Shown here in pieces: positions 25,401-37,400 of a DNA stretch of 64,000 nt. Numbering within the stretch: position 1 is the first letter of the stretch; every line of letters begins with the position of its first letter. The stretch lies in NCBI GenBank assembly GCA_905178155.1, contig CAJINV010000012.1:1368492-1432491 (forward strand), written 5' to 3'. Made by a program: the position numbers and the translations under genes. The DNA comes from Amoebophrya sp. A120 (taxonomy: Eukaryota; Protista; Dinoflagellata). Under the pieces are notes generated by a model. It worked only from the letters and a program-made list of their open reading frames with translations, made no database searches and was not told the origin of the DNA.

Positions 25401-28400
25401 CCGATGCAGGAAGCCTGGTTGGAATGGAAATTGTACACGAGACCGCTGCAAATCGCGGGAAGATTAGACAGCAACGGGCAGCCGACGCAGCTGCGGACCC
25501 GGGACGACAAAACGATCATGCAGCGCGCGAAGTCGTATGCATCGCAAGTATGTCTGGGTCTGGAAACTTATGATGCAAGTCGGTGAACAATAAGTGAACT
25601 GTAATGCGCAGCCAAGCATGGAAAGTTAGTTTTTTCGTGCTTCCGTGCTGCGTATTGCGTATGAGAAACTGTGTTTGATATGCATGACAGGCGAGAGACG
25701 CTGTTTGTGGCCACGCAATACACAGACAGTGCGGAGTCATGCCAGGCTAGCATGACAAATCTTGCAATCTTCCAGACCCAGACATATTTGCATTTGATAA
25801 GTCGCGACGCAGCACAATTCACCCATTCTTTAAAAAGGACACGCGGGGCGCAGTTCCGGTCGGCCCGGCGGTGGATTATAGGGCGAAGAGGCAAGAGGAT
25901 ATTAGCCACAACAACTTCGGAGACGACGTGGCTAAAGGCGTCGTTGATGAAGAAAGTATGGATCATCATGCTGCACCAGCACGACCCGAGGTAGAAGTAG
26001 AAGTAGAACCTCTTGAGCGTCCTGCAGAAGTCCCCGCTCCAGCAAAAGAGGATGAAACTCCCAAAGACGCCGACGTTCTAGCTGCGACGATGGCATCCAG
26101 CGCAGCGGTGGTGAAAGGACAGGCGAACCGGCTGAAATCCGATCTCGCACATGAACAGCATCAAGTTGTAGACTTCGTCCCATCTACTTCTTCTTCCGCG
26201 GCAGCACCACCCGAAGCAGAGGTCTCCTATTTGCAGCAGAGAGCGGTGAATTTTGATCCGGACAGACTAACGTTGTTGCAGACCAAAATCCACGACCACT
26301 ACCGCAAGTACGCGACGGAACAATTTGGGAAAAAATTGAAGGACAAAAATTTTATCAAAAACGACCTACCGAAGCTGTACTTCATGGTGAGTAAGGAAGA
26401 CGGGTTTGAAGTGGAAGGGTGGAGAAATTCCGTTGACAAACATTATTGGAACACAGTGGAGACCTGTGTTTTATCCTCCTCCATCACCACTAGTACAAAT
26501 TTGTCGTCGGAAAACCGGGATAACAATGAGAAATTAAAACGGAAAATGGAAAAGCTGATCACAAAAGCGTTGAACAAGCAGCTCTCCGTGCCGGAGTATG
26601 TGAGTATGAGACTGCACATCTCTCCCTCTTTCTCATTTGTATTTCATGAGCAGCAACACAAGCAACACCAGAAATGTGGCTTCTGCAAAACAAATCTGCA
26701 GACGGATTATAGTATTGTTTGAGGTCGTTCCAAAATTTGTCATGCGCACTGTGCTTAGAGGCAAGATGTGGATTTGGTATTTTGCATTACAAATGAGGGG
26801 GAGGGGGAGTTGTGCACTCTCATAGTGAGGCAAGTGCAGGAGTTAGCAGAACAGGTGGAACTAGGGTTGGACCGTGATGTGATGGACATCGGGGCGCAGA
26901 TGCAGCTGCAGGATTTGAACCACTTGATCGATGCGAAGGCGTTCATGATCAGCGACGACCAGAAGGCTGAAGTGGTGCAAAATGTAGTTGAGGATAAAAA
27001 GCTGCAGAAGGAACTACTACAAACAGAAACAGAGCCAGTGCGAGGAGGACCACAGCCCTCTAGTGCAGCCGGCGCAGGACTGTCCTCAAGTGCTTCTGTT
27101 CAGAAGGATGGGCCAGCTGCAGCAAAAGTAAGCGGGAAGAGAGACCATGACTTGCCAGCTTCGCCCTCCCCTGCCCGACCGGCCGCAGGGGCCACAGCCA
27201 AGACACTAGCTGAAAACAGTGAGCTACGCCAGGTACTACCATTCCTGCCCGACCCGGAGCAGCTTCTTTCCGACGCGGCCTTTCGACTGCAGCAACGGTT
27301 TGGCTCGCAGTGCAAGTTGTTACCCCGGTTTCTCTTACCGGTCAAGGAGACGGCGGCAAGCTCGAAAACGATAAGTGATGCCATGGACGATGCTTTGCAG
27401 TGGGTTGTGGACCAGCGAGAACATCAGGAGGAAAGGACAATGAACGAGATGGGGCAGGGCGATAGCATTGACGCGACACCAGCCGAGCAAACTAAGACGG
27501 AGGATAGATGGAACGACATGGCGACGGTATCCCAGAGGTTGCAGAAGGACAAAGCACAAATCGCCTCAGAAATCGAAACGGATATCAAACGCGTACCCGA
27601 CAGCGACTTTCTTCTGCTCTCCGACATGAGTTCCCAATGGCACTGGATCACACACTATCAATTGTAAAAATGTCTGGGTCCTCAGGAAGAATTGGAACTT
27701 GTGATGCTAACTTTCGTCCCTAAAAAAATCTGTATTGTTTGACCAACAAGAGGAGTCTCGTTTGTGCTACGCGGGGAGGGCGTTTGTCATGCGGAGGAGC
27801 CATCAGGAAGCCCTCTAAAAATCTGCGATGCTAGGTCGTGCATTGCAGACATCTTGGGTCATGCAAAACATGCATGACAAGTCTCAGAATTTTCCAGACC
27901 CAGACATTTTTACATTTGATACACACTCCCCAACGATAACCGGCGCCCCGACGAATGGGAACGTTAGAGAAGCGTTTGCCACACAACACCACTATTTGAA
28001 AGCGAAGCTGCAAGAGGCGGCCGATAACGCTTTGGTGGCAGCCGGTGAAATCAATCTCTACCGCGACCACAATTTACTCCGGGCTCGAAGATTGGTGCAT
28101 TACGAAACCGGTACTGTATATAAATTCTCGAACATCTCGGGCGGGAAAACAAAAAATGCAGCTAAAAGTGGTACTGAGGCTGAAATGAAAGTAACCCACA
28201 CGTATCGCCTCAGCTGCCCGGTGTTTTGGGGCGTGGTGCACAATTCTGCAATTTCTGAGGCGATGTTTCAGTACGCGCAGGAACATGGGTTTGACAAAGT
28301 AGTTTTCCCGGTCATCGATTCGGTGGACAAATTAAGAGAACTCCGGTTTCTACCAATCTGCTTCGACGTCAGTGGGTTGTGGCGAAGCTTGCGGGAGAAA

Positions 28401-31400
28401 TTGTTAGCGGAGGTCGATTTATTTGAGAGCGTGGAGGAACGGGAAAAGTTTTTGCACGAGGATATTGCCGACAGACTGGAGGACCCGGTGTACATGGGGA
28501 TCGATCTGGTCTTCTTCGACCAGGAAGGGAAAGAAGTGGTCCAGCCGTTCGAGTGGCGTTTTGGGATCTGGCAACAGGAGCAGGAAGACCTGGCTATTGC
28601 GCGGAGGAGGATGGAAATGGAGAAACAGTTGGAGAATGTAGTCGTGGAAGCAGTTGGAGTGGACGGTAAAGAGGAGAAGGAAAAAATTGCGAAGCAAATG
28701 GTAAGAACAGCGATTGATCTGGTGAAAGAGGCAGATAAAGGGAAAGTCGAAGCCGCTGGGGCGCTAGGGGAGAAAACTCCAGCTGTAGATGACCCGGAAA
28801 ATGTAAAAATTGCAGCAGCTTCAGAACCTCCTCCAGTGGAAGAGCACGACAAAAATGAAGACGCAGTAGATCAACACCAAAACAAGCAAAGAGTTGGCAC
28901 TTTTATGGTGTCGGAGAAGTCGGACACGGATTTGGATAATCTCCACCACGTGCAGGACAGCACGAAGTCCACCCACGTTTTTCTGCCTTTAGCTTTCCAA
29001 GTGCGGAAACTGGTTTCGGAGAAAACCTTTGGGGAGGAAAAAAAACAGGGAAAAAAGACGAAAGCAGAGGCGGACCTCCACCTTGAAGACCCGGAGAAGC
29101 TCCTCACCGTTGAAAACTTGATCAATATGGCAGATCTATACGTGAGACAAGCGGTCGCAGCGAAGGAGTTAGAAGAGGAACTGGAGCAGGCGAAGTTGCA
29201 GCTAGTACCATCTTCTGGTGGACCACGAAGAAGTACAGCGACAACTTTAACTGCGGGCGCAGCTGCTGCGTCTAGAAGTACTGCTTCTGCAGTTCCTACG
29301 GCCCCTCCACCACCACCTAAAAGTAAGAATAAAAGGAAGAAGGGTCAAGCATCGGCTGCGCCCAGTTCGACCATCGGCGAGGAGGTGGTTTCCGTAGTCT
29401 CTGCTACGCCTGGGATTGATGGTGAAGAAAGTACTAAAGCGCCGGAAAGTAGAAGTACTTTACCCCTTGCGAGTGCAGCAGCCCATGACAATTCACATTT
29501 AAATACTCCGCCCGAGCAGATGAAAAGGATGGCGCGGAATCTGAAGCGATTTTTGCGCGCCGCAAGGTACTACTTACCGGAAAGGGACGAGGACATCATC
29601 GAGCAGCTAGGGATGCTTAATGCGCTGAAAAATCGCTGGTCTGGACAGAAAAGCGGCGTCTTTGCAGCGGACGGGGATATCGGGGATTCGCGAGTGCGAA
29701 TCTGGGAGGAGGTATACTTTGTTTTTTTTTCAGCAATAATTTTTCGGTTTTCTTGAAAATAACGTGTCTCTTACACGATGAGAGTTCCATCGGCAGAAGA
29801 AATTGAAGTAGTTAATACAGCCACACTTTGATGTCGTCTTTGCATGTCTACTTAGTGCTATGTGTACGAGAATGAATAAGAAGCTGCATCCCACTTCTCT
29901 CCACGACCTCATTTCAGCTCGGCCAAGAGAAAGTTTTGAAACCTCCACCTATGACGTCTTCCTCCTCCCAGGGCAGCACCGCGGCGTCAAACAAGCCCGA
30001 GCCAATTCTATCGATTCGCGCTTGATAAAACGACGCAGCAGGGGAGCCGGCAAAAGGGGCGCCCGCCGCCTTTTTTTCTGGCGGTTTGGAGCGCCCAAAA
30101 AGGGGCGCCCAAAAAGCAGCAGCCCGAAAAAGACAGCGAATCCGCATGGTATGGGCCCCATTTATGCCCACACTCGGGCCCCGCAAAAGACGCCACCAAA
30201 GTCCGCCACGTCGGAGGCGGACTTAAGGCCAGAAGATGCGGCATTTTGACAAAAAAAACAAAAAAAAACAAAGGCCGCCAAAAGCAAAAAGCCAATCCGC
30301 ATGTTATGGGCCCGATTTGGGGCGTCCAAGGGGCCGGCCCTGGCGGGGCCTTAGCATGCGGAGAAGGTTTTTTGATTCGAAACCAAATTGAGGCCAGCGC
30401 TGGATCGAGATTTTTAGCGAACGCCGTGCCGCCGTGCATAACATTACGCACGATGGCATGGTGGGCAGAGAGTTCGCATCTTTTTTTGGCGTGAAGACAA
30501 AAAAAACCCCACTACCTCACTACCCCCGCTGAGGCGGCTATTGTATGCGTCACTGCCGCAGTCAGTGTGGTCGGTCCTCCTCTACCTGAGATGAATGTAC
30601 AAAAGCCACTTCCTCTCTCCACGACCTCATTTCAGCTCGGCCAAGAGAATATCAAATGCAAAAATGTCTGGGTCTGGAAGATTGCGAGATTTGTCATGCT
30701 GATCTGGTATGGCCTTTAAATCTGTATTGCGTGGCCACAAACAGCCTCTCTCGCCTGTCATGCAATAACGCAGTTTCTCATGCGGAATACGCGGCACAGA
30801 AGCACGAAGCAACTTGTCATGTTTGGCGGCGCTTTACAGTGCATTTGTTATTGACTGACTTGCATGACAAGTTTCCAGACCCAGACATTTTTGCATTTCA
30901 TAGAGAAAGTTTTGAAACCTCCACCTATGATGTCTTCCACCTCCCAGGGCAGCACGGCGGCAACGGCTCTAGCGGGAAGAGTACTACCTAGTGGAAGCGG
31001 CAGCAGCGGTGGTTCTACAACTCCCGGCACTACCCCCGATCTGTTTGCCCAGTTGAAAAACATATCCACCAAGGAGTTCCCGCAGGGGAATAGTAAAACC
31101 CACGCTCCGATTGTGCGGCGGGTGGCCGAAATTACCGATGAGACCAAGATCAACGCTTTGAACGTGATTTTAGGGTTCAGTATTCTGAGTAAAAACGTCC
31201 CCACCCCAGAGTTGTCTTGCATATCTGCATGCCACAAAAGTTTCTCATGCGGAGCCCCATGAGCAGCATTTGCTAGTGGTGATTTGGAATTTGTGATGCT
31301 ACAAGCGGCGCAATATGCTAGAGATGTGATGCTGCTGAACTAGCTAAACAGGACGACATTACGAGGACAAACTTGTCATGCGAAACAACCAAAGCTGGTT

Positions 31401-34400
31401 GATATGTCTAGCAGATGTCCCATCTTGGCTCTGGTGTGGGGACGTTTTGACTCAGGATATTCAGCGAGGCGGCTTTACGGGATCACCCGGACATGCTGCT
31501 CCAAACGTATCTCCGGAACAAAAAGCAAAACCCGGTTTCGAATGTCCTGAACGAGCACATTGTGAACACGGTGAGGGTAGTATCGAAAGGAAAAATCCCC
31601 CCTCCGCATATCGAAAAGGTATGTTTTCGAAAATTTGTGTTGCTGATTTGAGACCAGAAATCACCTCTGTCTTGCTAGAAGACAAATGCAGAGGCTTCCG
31701 CGCCATTGCGAAAGCGATTTGGCATGCTGTTTGGCCTAGGGGGCAGCCGTTTGCAATGCTAGGCAACTAGACCCCAACGCCCCTGCCCAGGCTGAGGATC
31801 TGGCTACGATGCCTTACTGCAAGACAGCGCGCATTTGTGCACGGAAGTCCAGCGTCAGAAACTTCGTCGCGATAATATGGGGGGGATTTTTCCTTACGAT
31901 AGGTAGATGCAATCCCGCCGGAGATCCAGCGGGTTGCGGCGGAAACGAAACTCCCAACGCACATCGTCGAGGCGATTGCGAGCGTTGATGTCGGGTCTAT
32001 CCTGAGTAAAAACGTACCCACACCAGAGTCAGGATGGGGATTTTGCAACGCAAACCTAGGAGTTTTAGGAGTCACGCATGACAAGTTTCAGTCCGTAAGG
32101 TAGTGCAAGTTAGCAAGGAAAGCCGCATCACAAATCGACCTTCTGATCCTGTTTACAGCATTACAAGTTCCCAAACACGATTGAAAATGCCTGTCATGGG
32201 GTTGCGCATTACAAATGTCCCTGTCATTGCAAATCTGCATGACAACTCTGGTGTGGGGACGTTTTTACTCAGGATAGGTTCGACATGGAAATTATCGAAG
32301 TATGACAAAACCATTTTGAAGCGGGTCGGGAAGGAAATTCGGTCCGCAAGCAGGAAAGGTCGGACGTTGGAGGACAGACGGAGGTTGTTGTGTGAGGCGA
32401 TGTATCAAATGCAAAAGTATCGTACTCATAGTAATTATCGCAGCCATGCATTTTTACAAATCTCCGTCCCAAGGTAGATCAGCATGACAAATTCCATTTC
32501 TCATGCTAAGCTGATTTGTCACGTGATTTGTACTAGTACGATAATTTTGCAGTTCATACGATGCTTCTATGGATCGAGAAGTTCGACGAGCCAGCGATTT
32601 TGGCGAAGATGGCGGAACAGATGTTGGAAGATGAAGACACTACTGCTTCTTCAAAACCGGCTGAAAAAACCGAATTGCCGGTAGCTCCCCCAATTGTGGG
32701 ACACTTGCCAGAAGTCGTGGTCCAGAACAAGCAGGAGCCGACCACAGCTACACAACTGCCGACCGAGTTAGCAGACGCGGCAAACGCTCTACTGGAGAAG
32801 AAAGAGGCCGCGATGCGACAAAAGGAAGAGATCGACGGGAAGCTGCAAGCGGTCAATAACGCACTGGATATGCTGTCTGCTGTTAAAGTGGAAACGGAAA
32901 ATAACAAGGCGAGCGAGGATCGTGTGTTACGGGTAGAAGAAGATCAGGCGCACGAAGAAAGTCAGCACGTCGGCGGAAGAAAGAAAAAAGTCGAACAACA
33001 AGAAGAAGAAGAAATCGAGCGCTACGGCGGGGTTCAGGTACCGAAGAAACTCGCGGGAGAGCTGAAGAAAGATATCAATTGTAAAAATGTAGTCTGGGTC
33101 TGGAAACTTGTGATGCTGGGTGGCGTCTCATGATGAAGCCACAAATGCTGGCTCAGCATGACAAGTTTCTGAGCTTCTAGGTGTTGCCTATTTTGCATGA
33201 CAAACTGCGTTTTTGCATGACAGAAAAATGGGGCTCTTGGGTAACGTGCATGACAGATTCTCGAGTCATGCCAGACAAGCATGACAAACTTGCATTCTTC
33301 CAGACCCAGACATTTTTGCACTTGATAAAAGAGCAGCGGAAACAAGTAGAACAAGGTAGTGAGACAAACACAAAGGATCTGGTCATGCGCATGGAGTTTG
33401 TGAATACCGACTCAGACCACGAAAAGTGCGGCGACGTTGACGACAATGGTTGGGAAACGTGTGAAGAAGACGGGGACGTGGAGATGCTGGGAGATGGAGA
33501 ATCTTCTGCTCCTCCGGCGATTGCGTCAACTGTCGTCGACGGGCGGGCTGCAGCCGCAAACGGAAAAGTAGATGAGACCAAATCCGAGGCTGCTACACAA
33601 AGTACTAAATCCGCGGCCGAGGCGCTTCTTTCCCAGGCTTCGGCGAATTTGCAGGAGGAGTTGAAAAAAAGAGGCATGGGTTCACAGGAATACAAAAAGG
33701 CGCAAGATCTTCTGAGTTCCATGGTCGAACACCAAAAAGTGGTGAACGCAACTACTAGAACCGTCCCCAGCCGGACGGAAACTGCTTCTAGTTTCGAGAC
33801 GGCGGTAAACGGCTCTGTAGAATTTGACCGAACGGTGTCGCCGGGGGACGAGCACTCCCAGGTCAGCGACGAGCCCACAAGTCCTGAACAACATTTTTCG
33901 GGAGCAGGCGTGCACAAGGACAGCACTGAACTCTTCAATTCTGAAAACAAGATTTCCGAAAAAAGCAGTTCTCTGTTGACGAGGGAAACAATTATGCTGG
34001 ACATCCAAGAACTACGTGAAGATCCGAAAAGAGCAAGTTCTGGTCCCAATACCAGCCCAGCAGGTCGGTCACCCGCGAAGCCCACAACGTCATCCACCCT
34101 TCTCGCGGCGGGGTCGGCCGCGGATTTGTGTCAGCAGGCGTCGACGGACATCCAAAAGCAGATTTTCGATCGGTTTTTGCAGATGAAGCAGAACTGTATC
34201 TTGTCCAAAGAGCAGATGGAAAAGGCGGAAGGGATTTTGGACAGATTGATCCATTTTCACGAGGCGCCGGCACTGTCCTCGTCGCCCAGCAGTTCTACTG
34301 CAGAGTCTTACATGGACGAAGTTGACAAAGAAGCGGGGATAACAGCGACTTCAACTCCCGAGTACAACCGCGCGGCGCGAATACGGCACTACAAGAACAT

Positions 34401-37400
34401 CTTACAGGAGCTGGATGAACTCGCTCCTTGCACCTGTGCGAGTAGTAGTGATGCGCACCACGACAGTGCCGGCGGTGCAAGTTCTTCGCCGAAGAAATCC
34501 TTGTGTCAACTTCCCCCAGTGCCGCCGATACCGCCTCCGGTAGTGGGGGGCAGTAGTGGTTGTGTTTCGAAACAACAGGACGGCGCGAGTAGCCCTAGAA
34601 GTTGTGGTCCTAGTGGTGGAGCAGAAGAATCACGTCCCGCTCCATCCGCTGCGGTCGTATCACAACGACCCGCCAGAACCTCTGCAATCGGAAAGACAAC
34701 ATCACCAGCCTCCTCGTCTGCGCGCGGCAGCACGTACTTGTTGCCACCGACCACGCTTTTACCAGAAGTGTACAGAAGTAGTGCCTCCTCAGCTTCAGCC
34801 AACGAAGACGATCATGACTCTAGTACTTTTCTCGTTGATCATCCTCCGCCTCTCATCTTCTCCACCATCCCAATCGAGCCACACCCGAGCCGGATTGTGG
34901 CGCAGCTCCGCGGGCACGCGAAGGAACAAGATTTATTCAACAAGGACGAGAGTCTTCAAAACGACACCAAGGACCTGTTTCTGATATGGATTGCAAAAAT
35001 GTCTGGGTCTGGAAGATTGCAACTTGTCATGCTAAATCCGAATCATGATAAAATCTGTGTTGCATGATTACCAAGAGAGGCCCACGACTTTTGAACAAGT
35101 TTAAAGGCAGTTTCTCATGCAGAATAGGCATGAAAGAGACCTCACAGCCTCTGTCATGCTAGGTCCCGCATTCCACACCTCAAGGGTCATGGAAAACCTG
35201 CATGACAAGTTCACACTCTTCCAGACCCAGACATTTTTACATTTGATATCTGAAGCGGGTCCGGCAAACCGTGAAAGACGAGGGAGTGCGTGCTATCAAA
35301 AGGAAAAATCCCCCCTCCCCATATCAAAACGAAGTTTCTGATGCTGGATTTGCGTACACAGATCAGCTTTGCATTCCTGGAGAGACTGCAGGCCTATACT
35401 AAGCCTGAGTAGAGAGGTTTTCTGCTAGGCGCTAAGCATGGCAAACGCCTAGTCTGTAGGGCCAACAGCATCACAAACCGCCTGCCGAATGCGGCGGAGC
35501 CGTTGTGGTTTCGTTCCTGCAAGACAGAGATGATTTGAGGTCGCAAATGAGCATTACAAATTTCCTGAGACGTGCCTTTTCGATATGGGGAGGGGGGATT
35601 TTTGCTTACGATACGTGCGGTGCGGGACATCCGGTTTTTGAAGTTTTTCCATTATCGCAAGAAAAAACTGTTTCACGGTAAACTTGTAATGCAGAAAATG
35701 CATCGCAGAAGTGTTTCTGTTGCTACACATGCAAGACAATTCATTTTTGGCCGTGTTTTCCCTTAGCAACCTCGCATGGCAAATTTCGGCTGTCATCTAA
35801 AACAAACTTGTGATGCAAAACAAACTTGTGAAACAGTGAAGCACTTTTTTCGTACGATATCCATTTTCTCGAATGGATTGCCCGGTACTTGCGGATCTTC
35901 GTCCGGGTGGCGAAGATTTTGGACGACGCCGTGAAGGGGCAGCTTCCGAAGGAGTATTACCAGAAGGACTTGGGGAAACGACAAAAAGATAGTATGCAGA
36001 ATATCCTGTGTAAAAACGTCCCCACACCAGAGTCAAGATGGGGATTTTGCAACACAAACCTGGAAGTTTTGGGACTCATGCATCACAAGTTCCAGTCCGT
36101 AGTGTAGTGCAGGTCAGCAATGGCAAACGCATCAGAAATCCATCTGCTTATCCTGGTTACAGCATTACAAATGCCAAAACACGACTACAAATTCCTTTCA
36201 TGGGGATGCCCATTACAAATCTTCCTGTCATTGCAAATCTGCATGACAACTCTGGGGTGGGGACGTTTTTACAAATGATACAGAAAATGTATCTCGAGCC
36301 GCAGATCGTCACCGGAAGAGATAAAGAAGCGCAGGAAGATATCCTGAGTAAAAACGTACCCACACCAGAGTCAGGATGGGGATTTTGCAACACAAACCTA
36401 GGAGTTTTGTGAGTCACGCATCACAAGCTGCAGTCCGTAGCGTAGTGCAGGTTCTTCGCAAGGCCAGCTGCATCAGAAATCCATCTGCTCATCCTGTTTG
36501 CAGCATTACAAATTCCAAAACACGACTGGAAATGGCTCTCATGGGGATGCGCATTACAAGGAAGTCTTCCTGTCTTTGCAAATCTGCATTACAACTCTGG
36601 TGTGGGTACGTTTTTACTGAGGATAGAAGAGTTACGAAAGGGCGCGCGAAGTCAGGTGGCGGATCAACATTTTACATTCGCGCCGTCAGATGTTGAACGT
36701 CAAAGGAGCGGCCACGGTAGTTCTGCTTACCCTCCGATCAACGCGAACCGGGTAGAATCGATGCAGAAGAAGGCCACCCGGTACAAATTGATCGCGAGCC
36801 TGATTGAAAATGCTGGAGTAGATTTGCGGTTTGAAGAGATTCGGAAACGGTATAGCTATCGGTATGGGCGGGAAAATGTGAAGGTTGAGTCTATGTTTGA
36901 CGAGGGTGGAGCAGCTCCGGACGGAAATAGCAGGCCAGAAGCTGCTGTTCTCGAAGATGAAAATTTCCTCGGCTCCGTTATCGCGAAACAACTTAAAGAG
37001 TACCAGTATCTGAATGACCCAGAGGCAAGTTTTTCCGTTACCGCCCGGACCGCACACGAATATGGAGGGTTTCGGTTTCAGGAGGGCAAGAGCCCCGATG
37101 TTTTTAGAGTAAAAACTTCGCAGCTGGACAACGTCGGATCGATGATTATGCAGGACGAGTGGCGGTTTGCCTCCTTGCTAGCTCTTGTCGCGTACGGGGA
37201 CAGTTTGTGGAGCTCTTCTGCCGTGTCTGGAAAAGGAGAAGAGGACGTTCTTGACGGGAAAGAAAACAACAGGAGATCATTTTGTGTCAACTCTTGTTTA
37301 ACGAAAAACACCCCGTTGTTCGAATCGGACAAAGAATCCTTTTTAAAACTCCTCAACGCCCCCATCGACCGACCACGGACCTTGAACGCGCCCTGCCGGT

